Below are positions 39,861 to 51,818 of a stretch of 64,000 bases of DNA, piece after piece. Position 1 is the first letter of the stretch, and every line of letters starts with the position of its first letter. Source of the stretch: an uncultured Gemmatimonadales bacterium (GTDB lineage: Bacteria; Gemmatimonadota; Gemmatimonadetes; Gemmatimonadales; Gemmatimonadaceae); NCBI GenBank assembly GCA_963793305.1, contig CAWBZV010000005.1, positions 640,001 to 704,000 of the forward strand. Direction: 5' to 3'. Made by a program: the position numbers and the translations under genes. The notes below the pieces were generated by a model. It made no database searches. It had not been told where the DNA came from and saw only the letters and a program-made list of their open reading frames with translations.

Positions 39861-40753
39861 TTCGACTGAATCCTCGGTGGAAGCGGGGGGTCCGGGGGGC
39901 GTACTTGGGGTTGCCCCCCGGAGGCGAACCGACCAGTCGAGCGGCGCGCCAGCGCCGAATCGACGAGCCGCGGAGCGGCTTCGTCAGCGTACGCGGCAAT
40001 GTGCCGCGCTGCCTCGTCGCGAAATGGCGCGAAGCTCGGCCAGTCGTTGAGATCAATCAGCACGGGCCGATCTGGTTCCGGAAACGCGACATCACCCCCG
40101 AAAACGCCCAGCCCAAGCCGCTCGGCGGCGGCAAACGCCAAGGTCTTCAACCGCTCGCCGTCCACGTCATCGGCGCCGTAGTACCGGAAGAATCGCCCGT
40201 CGGCGACGCCGTAGAACTTCACGATCGGCCCGGCCACGTGTTCCTGCATCGCCACCCGCGCGATGCCGCGCGCGGCAAACACGCGCAACGCCTCGGGGAT
40301 CTCCTCGCGCCAGAGCGATACGACATCCTCGGCCCGCTCGGCGTGCACGTCGCCGCGCTTGAGCCAGACGCGCCGCCCGTCCGCGCCAAACCCGTCGAGC
40401 TCAGGATCGCCGCTCGTCGGAACGATCGCGGTGCGCGGAATCTGATCGCCGAGGAGCACCACCATCTTGTGCCGGTGACACCCGAGCACGCTCGACGGGC
40501 GATTCATGATCGGCAGCCCCGCGTGCTCGAGCGAAAGCAAACGCTCCGACGCCGCGGGTCCTTGGCACATGTTCAGCACCAGATCGGCGTCGGTCAGCAG
40601 CTCCAGCTCGAAGGTGCTCTCGTTGGCGCGCGTCGCCGACCAGCCGAGGGCTTCCAGCTCGGCCACCGTGGCATCGAGAATGGCGGTGTCGTTCGTCCGA
40701 TGCTGATTCGGCGAGTACGACGCCTGCCGATAGAGCGCGACGAGCCGCTTCAC
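39857..40753 (-). CDS. ATP-grasp fold protein (ligase or ITPK1-like kinase)
   Basis: WLKRGD, MQEHV, KFYGV, GLGVFGGDV, LIDLNDWPSF. Confidence 0.8.
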   Translation of the reverse strand: MKRLVALYRQASYSPNQHRTNDTAILDATVAELEALGWSATRANESTFELELLTDADLVLNMCQGPAASERLLSLEHAGLPIMNRPSSVLGCHRHKMVVLLGDQIPRTAIVPTSGDPELDGFGADGRRVWLKRGDVHAERAEDVVSLWREEIPEALRVFAARGIARVAMQEHVAGPIVKFYGVADGRFFRYYGADDVDGERLKTLAFAAAERLGLGVFGGDVAFPEPDRPVLIDLNDWPSFAPFRDEAARHIAAYADEAAPRLVDSALARRSTGRFASGGQPQVRPPDPPLPPRIQSK

Positions 40754-41469
40754 AACGCCAATGCCTCAGTGGCGAGCAGCGCGTCGGCGGCGTCGATATC
40801 GCGCTTGTGGTCGAGATCGACGATCAGCGCCACCTCGGTCGTCGCCACGCGGGCGCCCTCGTCGACGAGCGCCGACAAGAAATAGCGCATGCGGGATCCG
40901 CCGTCGCGCCAGACGCGCAACGCCGTTGTCCGCGCCCGTGGCCCGAACGCGTAGACGCCACCCGTCACGCACGGCGGCATCACCGGCCGGCTGCCGATCC
41001 GAATGGCGTCGCCACCCGGGGCCCGCTCGACCCACAGGGGCCGCTCGTCGTCGACATGCGGCGTCACCGCGAGAACGACGTCAGCGCTGTCAGCGATGTG
41101 ACGAATCGACTCGTCATAGACTCGTTGCCAATCGCGCGCGGGCATGACGGTATCGACCATGCTGCAGAACACCGGACCGGGCGGCATGCGGAGCAGCGCC
41201 TCGGCGAGCGTATGCAGCGACAATGGGGTCTCGCACGCGATCACCCGAGGACGGCCGATCGACAACTCGATGTTGCGCACCGAGGCGATGACCTCGGGGA
41301 AGGTCGACCGGATCATGCAGGTGATGTCCTGACATCCGATCGCACCGAACGTCTCCGCGAGCCGCAGGATCTGCGATCGCCCCGCGACGGACACCGCCGC
41401 CTTCGGCTCGGCCACGCCATCGGCCGCGAGTCGCGAGCCCTCTCCGCCCGCGAGGATCAGGCCGTGCAC
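40750..41469 (-). CDS. Nucleotidyltransferase (NTP_transf family)
   Basis: GLILAGGEGSRL...EPKA; C-terminal IVDLDHKRDI. Confidence 0.9.
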   Translation of the reverse strand: MHGLILAGGEGSRLAADGVAEPKAAVSVAGRSQILRLAETFGAIGCQDITCMIRSTFPEVIASVRNIELSIGRPRVIACETPLSLHTLAEALLRMPPGPVFCSMVDTVMPARDWQRVYDESIRHIADSADVVLAVTPHVDDERPLWVERAPGGDAIRIGSRPVMPPCVTGGVYAFGPRARTTALRVWRDGGSRMRYFLSALVDEGARVATTEVALIVDLDHKRDIDAADALLATEALAL

Positions 41470-42155
41470 ACGACCTCGGGCAGCTCGGTGAGCGACGCGA
41501 TGCGCGCGGTCGGCGCGCAATCGTTCGGCGTCTCGCGCTCGGGCTCCGTCAGCCAACACGTACAGAGTCCCAGCGTGCGCGCGGGCCGAATGTCGGCGTC
41601 GAGATTGTCGCCGACGATCCACGCCGCGCCGGGCTCGACATCGAGCGCGGCCAACGTCGCGTTGAAGATCTCCGGATCGGGCTTCGACGTGCCGAGCACG
41701 CCCGAGTCCGACACCGTCTGGAAGTAGTTCGTGAGGCCGAGCTCCGCGAGACAGCACGACAAATTGCCGGTGAAATTCGAGACGATGCCGAGTCGATACC
41801 GATCCGCCAGACTGGAGAGCACGCGCGCGTTCCGTTCGGTCGTGCGCACGGCGTCGCGGTGAAAACGATCCGCGACCTCGGTGAAGTCGATAGTGGCGCC
41901 GTCGGGTACCATCTCCTGCAGCAGCTGCGCTTGGGCATCGATCATTGCGCGAAATCCGAGACGCCGAATATCCGGCCGTCTCTCGAGTGCACGATCAGAT
42001 GCTCGGAAGACCGTCTCAAAGTTCCCGGAATCCAGGGAGCCGCCGAGTCCCCTATAGGCCGCGTGGAAGCGAGTGCTCCACCTCAGGCCGTCAGCGTCGA
42101 GCGTTCCGCCAAAGTCGAAGAGTACCGCGCGAACAGGGGTGGCTGATTGCACCAC
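41457..42155 (-). CDS. HAD-superfamily phosphatase
   Basis: FDFGGTLD, IVSN, KPDPEIF, VGDNLDADI. Confidence 0.9.
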   Translation of the reverse strand: MVQSATPVRAVLFDFGGTLDADGLRWSTRFHAAYRGLGGSLDSGNFETVFRASDRALERRPDIRRLGFRAMIDAQAQLLQEMVPDGATIDFTEVADRFHRDAVRTTERNARVLSSLADRYRLGIVSNFTGNLSCCLAELGLTNYFQTVSDSGVLGTSKPDPEIFNATLAALDVEPGAAWIVGDNLDADIRPARTLGLCTCWLTEPERETPNDCAPTARIASLTELPEVVCTA

Positions 42156-42195
42156 GTACTGTATCGCTCAGGTAACGAGGCGGCAAGCCGAAATG

Positions 42196-43923
<1,728 letters not shown>

Positions 43924-43984
43924 GACGTTCCCCAGGGTATAACGCGTATACTATCCCCGCCAGATCACCTCCCAGAGTCGCCAC

Positions 43985-44428
43985 GTGAACACTATCCTCA
44001 TCCTCGCCGCCGCCGCGGCCGGCGGGCTCTTGGCGGTACAAGTTGCCGCCAATAGCGCGCTCGGCATCCACCTCGGACGGCCTGCCGGCGCGACGCTAGT
44101 GTCGTTCCTCGTGGGTTCGGCCGGCCTCGTGCTGTATATGCTGGTCATCCGCGAGCCTCCTCCGGCGGTCAAAGCCCTGGCCCAGACACCTTGGTGGGCG
44201 CTGATGGGTGGCCTTTTGGGCGCGGCGTACGTGATGGCGACTGTTGTCGTCACGCCACGCCTCGGACCAGGCCTCACCTTGGGCGCGGTCGTCGCCGGTC
44301 AGATGGTCGTCGCGCTGGCCCTGGAGCAGGCGGGCGCGTTGGACGTCGCCCGCCATCCGATCACGCTGGGGAGGGTTCTTGGTGTGTTGCTGGTCGTTGC
44401 CGGGGTGGTGTTGCTCCGCAAGACGTAG
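43985..44428 (+). CDS. DMT-family (YdcZ/DUF606) small membrane protein
   Basis: Q.AANSAL, SFLVG, WWALMGGLLGA, PRLG, AGQM. Confidence 0.88.
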   Translation: MNTILILAAAAAGGLLAVQVAANSALGIHLGRPAGATLVSFLVGSAGLVLYMLVIREPPPAVKALAQTPWWALMGGLLGAAYVMATVVVTPRLGPGLTLGAVVAGQMVVALALEQAGALDVARHPITLGRVLGVLLVVAGVVLLRKT

Positions 44429-45554
44429 CGCGCGCCGGTGCCATCGCAATGGACGCCTCGGCACCCCGCTTCAGCGTGATCCGAGTCACCTCCGGCTGAG
44501 CGCCGAGACGGAAAGGCAACCCCCAGTAACCCGTGCCGGGGTGGATATACAGCATGCTGTTTCCGTCGCGGTGAACGCCCATGGCCCGCGTCTGGAACGG
44601 ACTGGCCAGGCTCCAGCCGAGTTGGGGTATGGCGAACTGGCCCCAGTGCGTGTGCCCGCTGAGCGTGAGCGCCACACCTCGCTCTGCCAGTGCCGGCCAG
44701 AGCGCCGGATTGTGCGCCAACGCGATGATGGTAGTCCCGGGGTCGATCCCCTCGAGGGTTCGGCCGATATCCGGCGCCGCGTTGCCCATGCGCCGGCCGG
44801 CCGGATCACCTGTTCCCGCTATAGCGATGCGCGCCGAGCCTCGATCGAGAATGGCCGCCGAGTTCACGAGGACCGTGGCGGGGAGGCGCGAGCGCAGCGA
44901 GCGCTCAACCTGATCCCACCCGGCGTAGATATCGTGATTCCCAGGGATGGCGTACACGCCGAGCGGCGCCCGGAGTGTGCCCAACCCCTCGGCGAATGCC
45001 GAGACGTCCTCGGCCCGATCGTCGATGAGATCCCCGGTAATCGCGATAATGTCCGCGCCGAGCCCGGCGACAGTGCGAGTGACACGCCGGAGGAACGCCT
45101 GTGACGTCTGCGGCCCCACGTGCAAATCGGAGATCTGCGCGATCGTGAGCCCGTCGAACTCGCTCGGGAGGTTCGGCACCGAGACGCGAACGTCGCGGAC
45201 GACGAGCAGCTTGCTCCCGACATACCCGAAGGCGAACAGGACCAGCAGGACGCCCAGCACGATCGTCGCCGCAATGCGACCACCAGCCATGGGCGCCCCG
45301 ACGATCGCCCCGATGCCGAGCCCGACGATGCCCGCCACGCTCACCAGCGGCAGCGCGAGTTGGACGTAGAGTACGGGCCGCACCACGAACAGCCGAAAGG
45401 CCGCGGTCGGGTACCTCCGCCATCCGCGTCTGGCGTAGAACGCGACGAGCGGAGCCGTCGTCAGGACTGCCACGGCCAGCACCCACCATCGCCCCCCGGG
45501 AACCAAAAGGGCGATAACTGACCAACAGAAGATGTCGTAGATGAACGCTCGCAT
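44361..45554 (-). CDS. Membrane-anchored metallophosphoesterase (YkuE-like)
   Basis: SDLH, TGDLID, GNHD, LAHNP, SGHTHWGQ. Confidence 0.9.
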   Translation of the reverse strand: MRAFIYDIFCWSVIALLVPGGRWWVLAVAVLTTAPLVAFYARRGWRRYPTAAFRLFVVRPVLYVQLALPLVSVAGIVGLGIGAIVGAPMAGGRIAATIVLGVLLVLFAFGYVGSKLLVVRDVRVSVPNLPSEFDGLTIAQISDLHVGPQTSQAFLRRVTRTVAGLGADIIAITGDLIDDRAEDVSAFAEGLGTLRAPLGVYAIPGNHDIYAGWDQVERSLRSRLPATVLVNSAAILDRGSARIAIAGTGDPAGRRMGNAAPDIGRTLEGIDPGTTIIALAHNPALWPALAERGVALTLSGHTHWGQFAIPQLGWSLASPFQTRAMGVHRDGNSMLYIHPGTGYWGLPFRLGAQPEVTRITLKRGAEASIAMAPARATSCGATPPRQRPATHQEPSPA

Positions 45555-45571
45555 TTGGTAGATTTGATTTT

Positions 45572-46192
45572 ATGGTCTCTATCGCCGAACGCGTGAAAGG
45601 CATCCTGCTGCACCCGCGCGGCACGTGGGCCACGATCGACACAGAACAGACGACGACCCGGGCGCTGTACCTCCATTACATCGCGCCACTCGCCGGACTT
45701 TCGGCCCTTGCACGGCTAATCGGCGTGGCGTTCGTCGGGTTCCCGGTCATCGCCCGCCCACCGTTCTGGCAGGTGCTCGTCTGGGCCGCGCTCTACTTCC
45801 TGTTCGAGCTCCTCGCGGTCAACGTCATCGCGTTCGTCATAGACTGGCTTGGCCCGAGACTGGGGTGTCCCGAGTGCGAGGGGATACCGCGCCACATTCA
45901 AGCGCTGAAGGTCGCCACCTATGCCCGCACGCCGCTGTGGATCGCCGGACTCGCCCTGATCGTTCCCACGACCGAGGTCGTCGCCATCGCGATCGGCGCT
46001 CTCTACTCCGTCTACTTGCTCTGTCTCGGCCTTCCGGAGTTAATGAAGGCACCGAAGCATCGGGTCCCCGTATACGCAATGGTAACGGTCGTTGCGGCCG
46101 CCGGGGTCTACGGGCTCCTCCGGATACTCGTGAACACGATTCTTGCGATGGCGTTTGGGTTCGCCGTCGACGCTCGGGACTACACGTCATGA
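45572..46192 (+). CDS. Yip1-family membrane protein
   Basis: ERVKGILLHP..W, Y..TPLW, LYSVYLL.LGLP.LMKAP. Confidence 0.88.
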   Translation: MVSIAERVKGILLHPRGTWATIDTEQTTTRALYLHYIAPLAGLSALARLIGVAFVGFPVIARPPFWQVLVWAALYFLFELLAVNVIAFVIDWLGPRLGCPECEGIPRHIQALKVATYARTPLWIAGLALIVPTTEVVAIAIGALYSVYLLCLGLPELMKAPKHRVPVYAMVTVVAAAGVYGLLRILVNTILAMAFGFAVDARDYTS

Positions 46193-47095
46193 ATACAAGA
46201 CCGCTCGGTAACTCCGATCTTCATATCACGCCGCTCGGCTTCGGCGCCTGGGCGGTCGGTGGCGCCTGGCAATTCGGTTGGGGACAGCAAGACGATAACG
46301 ACTCCATCAGCGCGATAGAGCGTGCACTGGATCTCGGCATCAACTGGATCGACACGGCGGCCGTATATGGCCTCGGCCACTCCGAGGAAGTCGTCGCGCG
46401 CGCGCTCGTGGGTCGCGCGAAGCGTCCGTACGTGTTCACGAAGTGCGGGCTCGTGTGGGATGCCCAGGGCAACACCACACGGTCCCTCGCATCAGTGCGG
46501 AGCGAGCTCGAATGCCAGTCTCCGTCGTCTCAAAACGGACGTCATCGATCTCTATCAGGTGCACTGGCCTCCGGCGAACCTGGCCGAGCTCGAGCCAGGC
46601 TTGGAAGCACTCGTCGAAGCGCAACGCCAAGGAAAAATCCGGCACATTGGCGTGTCGAACTTCAATGTGCCGCTCATGGAACGCGCCCGTCGCGTCGCGC
46701 CCATTGTGTCTTTGCAACCGCCTTACTCGATCATTCGTCGCGATATCGAGTCGGAGATTCTGCCGTACTGTCAACGAGAGCACATCGGCGTGATCGTGTA
46801 CTCGCCGATGGCGTCAGGGCTCTTGTCGGGTGCGATGACGCGCGAGCGTATTGCGAACCTGCCGGCCGATGACTGGCGGCGGCGGTCGTCGGCGTTCAAC
46901 GAGCCCAATCTTTCGCGCAACCTCGCGATCGTCGAGGAGCTCCGCGAGCTCGGTTCGCCGGGGGAAGTGGCCATCGCCTGGACACTGAAAAATCCGGCGG
47001 TCACGGCGGCGATCGTTGGCGCGCGGAACGCCGAGCAAGTCGACGGCTGGATCGGCGCGGCCGCGCTCGATCTTTCAAACGTCGCGGTCGTATGA
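46189..47095 (+). CDS. Aldo/keto reductase; frameshift near 46510
   Basis: GFGAWAVGG, IDTAAVYG, SLRRL.TDVIDLYQVHWP, IGVSNF, YSPMASGLL. Confidence 0.92.
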
Positions 47096-47559
47096 GTGCT
47101 TGGGCTTTGGCGCTGGCGCTCGCGCTCGCGCTCGCGCTCGCGGTGTCTCCGCCGCATCCAATGCCATCGCTCTCCCCCGGCCAGGTGGTCGAGATCGTGC
47201 TGACTGCGCTGCAGCACAACGACAACCCCCAGCCGGATGCGGGCATCGCGACGACCTTCGAGTTCGCCTCGCCCACCAATCGCCTGGAAACCGGTCCGCT
47301 GCAACGGTTCGCGTCAATGATCAAGAATCCCGCGTATCGCGTGATGCTCGGGTTCCGGAGCGTGACCAAGGGGCGGCTCGAGCTCGATGGGAATCACGCG
47401 CAGCAACGCGTCGTGATCGTCGGTCGGGATGGCTCGCAGGTCACCTATTTATTCTTGCTCTCGAAACAATCGGACGGTCCCTACGCGAACTGCTGGATGA
47501 CCGACGGCGTGATTCGGCAAAAGGACCCCGCGCTCCCGCCCGGCACGACGGCTACCTAG
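47092..47559 (+). CDS. DUF4864-like exported protein
   Basis: ALQHND.PQPDAGI, FASP.NR, GP..RF, CWMTDGV. Confidence 0.7.
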   Translation: MSAWALALALALALALAVSPPHPMPSLSPGQVVEIVLTALQHNDNPQPDAGIATTFEFASPTNRLETGPLQRFASMIKNPAYRVMLGFRSVTKGRLELDGNHAQQRVVIVGRDGSQVTYLFLLSKQSDGPYANCWMTDGVIRQKDPALPPGTTAT

Positions 47560-47601
47560 CGTTACATGCTCGCGACGTACATCTGCTAACATGCGGGTCT
47601 C

Positions 47602-48976
47602 ATGACGGTCGCACCAGAAATCTTCCGTGAGTATGACATCCGCGGCTTGGTCGGCTCGGAGCTCGACGCCGACACGGCGCGCGACGTCGGCCGCGCCTTT
47701 GCCGTCTATCTCGACGACATCGGCGTTCACGGACCGATCGCGGTGGGGCGCGACAACCGGCCGAGCGGGGATGCCCTGCGCGACGCACTCGTTGCATCGC
47801 TCACCGAGTCTGGAGTCGATGTGATCGAACGTCGGGGTTGTGCCGACGCCGACGCTGTATTGGGCGCTCGAGAAACTCGGAGTCGGAGGCGGGGTCCAGA
47901 TCACCGCGTCTCACAATCCAGCGCCGTATAACGGGTTTAAGGTCTGCGTCGGTACGAACGCTCTCTACGGCGAGGACATTCAGAAGCTTCTGGTGCTCGT
48001 TGAAACGGGGAAGCGGGTCACCCCCAACACGCCAGGCTCGGTACGACAAGAGGCGATCCTCGACCGCTATCTCGACGATATCGTTTCCCGCATCGGCCCA
48101 TTGGCCCGCCCGTTGTCGATCGCGCTTGACTGCGCCAACGGCGTCGGCTCGCTCGTCGGCCCGCGCCTCATGGACCGCCTGGGCGTCAAGGTCACGCAGT
48201 GCTTGCTGTGCACGAGCGATGGCCGGTTCCCCAAGCGGCAGCCAGACCCGAGTCAAGCGAAAAACCTGGCCGATCTCCAACAAGCGGTTCGCGCCACATC
48301 CGCCCAGGTGGGTATCGCGCTTGACGGCGACGCGGATCGAATTGGCGTCGTCGACGAGCACGGCGAAATCGTCTGGGGCGACCGCGTGCTCGCGATCTAC
48401 GCCCGCAATGTGCTGGCACGGAATCCGGGCAAGCCCGTGATCTTCGACGTGAAGTGCTCCGAAGCACTGCCGCAAGCGATCACGGCGGCTGGCGGCAAGC
48501 CATTCATGTGGCGCACCGGACACTCGCTCATCTTGGCGAAGATGCACGAGATCCACGCGCCATTGGCCGGCGAGCTCTCGGGGCACATGTACATCGCCAA
48601 TGGCTACTACGGTTATGATGATGCTCTGTACGCCGCCGCCCGGCTGCTCTCGATCATGGCGTCGTCTGGTAAGACCATCACCGAGCTGCTCGCTGGCGTT
48701 CCGGTCTACCCGTCCACGGACGAGATTCGCGTCGATTGCCCGGACGACAAGAAGTTTGGCATCGTGGCCAACGCGGTCACCCACTGGCAAGCGAATCACA
48801 CGGTGATCAACGTCGACGGCGCGCGCGTGTTGTTCAATGGCGGCTGGGGCTTGATCAGAGCGTCGAACACGCAACCCGCACTGGTGCTGCGATTCGAGGC
48901 GCACACGCAGCAAGAGCTCACGTCGATACAGAACGAAATGCAAGGCTGGCTCCGCCAACAGGGTGTCGCCATCTAA
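47602..48976 (+). CDS. Phosphomannomutase/phosphoglucomutase; frameshift near 47830
   Basis: FREYDIRG, GRDNR, TASHNP, DGDADR, GELSGH, RASNTQP. Confidence 0.93.
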
Positions 48977-49437
48977 TGCGGATTGCCGTCGCCTCCGACC
49001 ACGCGGGGTACAACATCAAGGTCAATGTGGCCACGGCGCTTCGCGCTGCCGGTCACAATGTCACCGACTTGGGCACGTATGACGAGACCCCGGTCGACTA
49101 TCCAGACTACGCCGAAAAAATCGGGACGGCGATCGTAGGGCAGACGGTAGAGCGCGGCGTCTTAGTGTGCGGCAGCGGTGTCGGCGCGTCGGTGGCCGCG
49201 AATAAGATTCCGGGAGTCAGAGCCGGCCTCTGCCACGACACCTACTCCGCACACCAAGGCGTGGAGCACGATGACATGAACGTCCTCGTGCTCGGCGGCC
49301 GCGTGATCGGAACCGAGGTCGCCAAGGAGCTGGCCCGCACGTTCGTGTCCGCGCGCTACACGCACGAGGAACGCCACGAACGCCGGCTGGCGAAAGTACG
49401 AGCTATCGAGACGCACTATCTTCGGGAGATGACATGA
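48976..49437 (+). CDS. rpiB: Ribose-5-phosphate isomerase B
   Basis: ASDHAG, DYPD, CGSGVG...ANK. Confidence 0.95.
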   Translation: MRIAVASDHAGYNIKVNVATALRAAGHNVTDLGTYDETPVDYPDYAEKIGTAIVGQTVERGVLVCGSGVGASVAANKIPGVRAGLCHDTYSAHQGVEHDDMNVLVLGGRVIGTEVAKELARTFVSARYTHEERHERRLAKVRAIETHYLREMT

Positions 49438-51125
49438 CGACTGTGACGGCCCTGTCGGCCGATCTGGGATCCTACACGGAGCCGGTGGGGAAGACGCTGG
49501 CGCGCGCACATTCGGAGCAGATCCTGGCCCGCATCAATCGCGGCGACTACACCGTTTGGAAACCCCAGCCCACCGAAATCACCAACCGACTCGGCTGGCT
49601 CACGATCGCCGATCGGATGCGCGATGAGATTCCCGCCATTCGAAAGGTCGTCGAGGCGGTCCGCAAAGACGGCTATACCCACGCGCTATTGCTCGGCATG
49701 GGCGGCTCGAGCCTGGCGCCAGAAGTGTTTCACAAAGTCTTCGGCACAAAGGCCGGCTATCTGGACCTCCACGTGCTCGACAGCACGGACCCCGACGCGG
49801 TCACCGCGGCGATTGCTCCGCTGGATCTTGCGAAAACTCTCTTCATCGTCTCCACGAAATCCGGTGGAACCGTCGAGACGTTCTCGTTCTTCAGAACGTG
49901 CTATCGCCGCGTCATAGCTGCCCTCGGCGCCGAACACACCGGGGAGCACTTCATTGCCATTACCGACCCGGGGAGCGCCCTCGCGGACACGGCCAGCAAA
50001 TATCGCTTCCGCGCGACATTCTTGAACGACCCGAACATCGGCGGCCGATACTCGGCGTTGTCGCATTTCGGCTTGGTGCCAGCCGCACTCGTCGGCGTCG
50101 ATCTCAACAAGCTGCTCGACAGCGCAGTCAAGGCCGAGGGCGACCAAGAGAGCGCCTTGGAGCTCGGCGCGATCATGGGTGAGCTCGCCGTCGCTGGCCG
50201 CGACAAATTGACATTTATCTGCTCGCCGGGCATCGCCGCGTGGGGCTCATGGGTCGAGCAACTCGTGGCCGAAAGCACGGGCAAAGAAGACAAGGGCATC
50301 CTCCCGGTCGCCGACGAACCGATTGGCGCACCTGGTGTCTACGGGAACGATCGTCTGTTCGTCTCGTTGCGCCTCGCGCGTGAGACGTTGAGCGACGCCG
50401 CGTTGGCCGCGCTGCGCGCCGCCGGTCAGCCCGTCGTGCAGATCGATCTCGCCGATCCGTACGATTTGGGTGGCGAGTTCTTCCGCTGGGAGCTCGCGAC
50501 TGCCATCGCCGGCTGGCGCCTCGGTATCAACCCATTCGATCAGCCGAACGTCGAGGCCGCGAAACAGCTCGCCCGCCTGATGGTCGATACGTATCAGAAA
50601 AGCGGCGCCCTGCCGACGTTGACGCCGAATGTGACGATCGATGGCCTGGCCCTGTACGCGACCAGCCCGGACCTCACCGATGCATCCCAAGTCATATCGG
50701 GTTTCGAGGGCGCGATCAAACCCGGCGATTATCTCGCCATCCAAGCGTGGATCGCGCCGACGACAGAATCGACGGCATCACTGGCGCGCATGCGCGTAGC
50801 GCTGCGCGACCATTATAAAGTGGCGACCACACTCGGCTACGGCCCACGGTTCCTGCACTCGACCGGTCAGTTGCACAAAGGTGACGGGGGCCATGGCGTG
50901 TTCCTGCAGATCGTCACGCCGCCACCCGCACCGGCGAACGATGTGCCGATTCCCGAGACGGCCGACGCCGACACGTCGAACATCACGTTCGGAGTGCTGA
51001 AAGAGGCCCAAGCGCTCGGCGATCGGCGCGCGCTGCTGGACCGTGGCCGGCGTGTCCTGAGAGTCGATGTCCCGCGCGATGCAACTGCGAAGGGCTTGCA
51101 GCAACTGGCGACTCTGCTCTCGTGA
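49434..51125 (+). CDS. pgi: Glucose-6-phosphate isomerase (type usually fused to transaldolase)
   Basis: LGWL, GMGGSSL, STKSGGTVET, GGRYSAL, QLVAESTGK, NPFDQPNVE, GPRFLHSTGQ. Confidence 0.9.
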   Translation: MTTVTALSADLGSYTEPVGKTLARAHSEQILARINRGDYTVWKPQPTEITNRLGWLTIADRMRDEIPAIRKVVEAVRKDGYTHALLLGMGGSSLAPEVFHKVFGTKAGYLDLHVLDSTDPDAVTAAIAPLDLAKTLFIVSTKSGGTVETFSFFRTCYRRVIAALGAEHTGEHFIAITDPGSALADTASKYRFRATFLNDPNIGGRYSALSHFGLVPAALVGVDLNKLLDSAVKAEGDQESALELGAIMGELAVAGRDKLTFICSPGIAAWGSWVEQLVAESTGKEDKGILPVADEPIGAPGVYGNDRLFVSLRLARETLSDAALAALRAAGQPVVQIDLADPYDLGGEFFRWELATAIAGWRLGINPFDQPNVEAAKQLARLMVDTYQKSGALPTLTPNVTIDGLALYATSPDLTDASQVISGFEGAIKPGDYLAIQAWIAPTTESTASLARMRVALRDHYKVATTLGYGPRFLHSTGQLHKGDGGHGVFLQIVTPPPAPANDVPIPETADADTSNITFGVLKEAQALGDRRALLDRGRRVLRVDVPRDATAKGLQQLATLLS

Positions 51126-51811
51126 TCCGCGCCATCATCTTCGACCTCGATGGCACGCTCGTGCAAACGGAAGCCCTCAAGGCCATCTCGTATGCCCGCG
51201 CGGCCAAGCGGTTGAAGCCAGCACTCGACGAAGATGAAATCGTCAGGCGATACGACGACATGATCGGTCGATCGCGCAACGAGGTAGCCGAAGCGTTGGT
51301 CGAGCGATTTGGGCTGAACGTGACATGGCAGGGGTTGATCGACATTCGCATGAAGATCTACGACGACATGCTGGCCGACCCGGGCTTGCTCAAACAACAA
51401 GAATATCCGTACGCGACCGCTCTTCTGCGAAAGGTCAAGGGGATGGGCTATCCAACCGGGCTGTGCACAATGTCCTACGCCCCGGAGACCGCGGTCGTGC
51501 TGAAAACGCTCGACATCGGCCAGTACCTGGATGTGGTCGTTACACGAGACCAGGTATCGAAGCCAAAGCCGGATCCGGAGATCTACCGCCTGGCCGCCAC
51601 CAAGCTCAATGTTCAGCCAGCCGAGTGTCTCGTAGTCGAGGACTCGGAGCCGGGCGTCGATTCCGCGATCGCGGCCGGGACGCAGTGCGTGGTGGTGCCG
51701 AGCGACTTGACCCGGGAACGGGTGCTGGCCCACGCGCCGCTCAAAGGCGAGGTGATCGTGAATGACCCCGCCGATCTCGATCGCATAGTCATGACACTAC
51801 TGGGGAGATAA
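51122..51811 (+). CDS. HAD-family phosphatase (beta-PGM-like)
   Basis: FDLDGTL, KPDPEIY, VEDS..G. Confidence 0.9.
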   Translation: MIRAIIFDLDGTLVQTEALKAISYARAAKRLKPALDEDEIVRRYDDMIGRSRNEVAEALVERFGLNVTWQGLIDIRMKIYDDMLADPGLLKQQEYPYATALLRKVKGMGYPTGLCTMSYAPETAVVLKTLDIGQYLDVVVTRDQVSKPKPDPEIYRLAATKLNVQPAECLVVEDSEPGVDSAIAAGTQCVVVPSDLTRERVLAHAPLKGEVIVNDPADLDRIVMTLLGR

Positions 51812-51818
51812 CGCACCA

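Noticed and set aside
47105..47145. GCGCTC microsatellite as a phase-variation switch
   Set aside because: The 6-bp unit keeps the frame and simply encodes the (AL)n signal-peptide core
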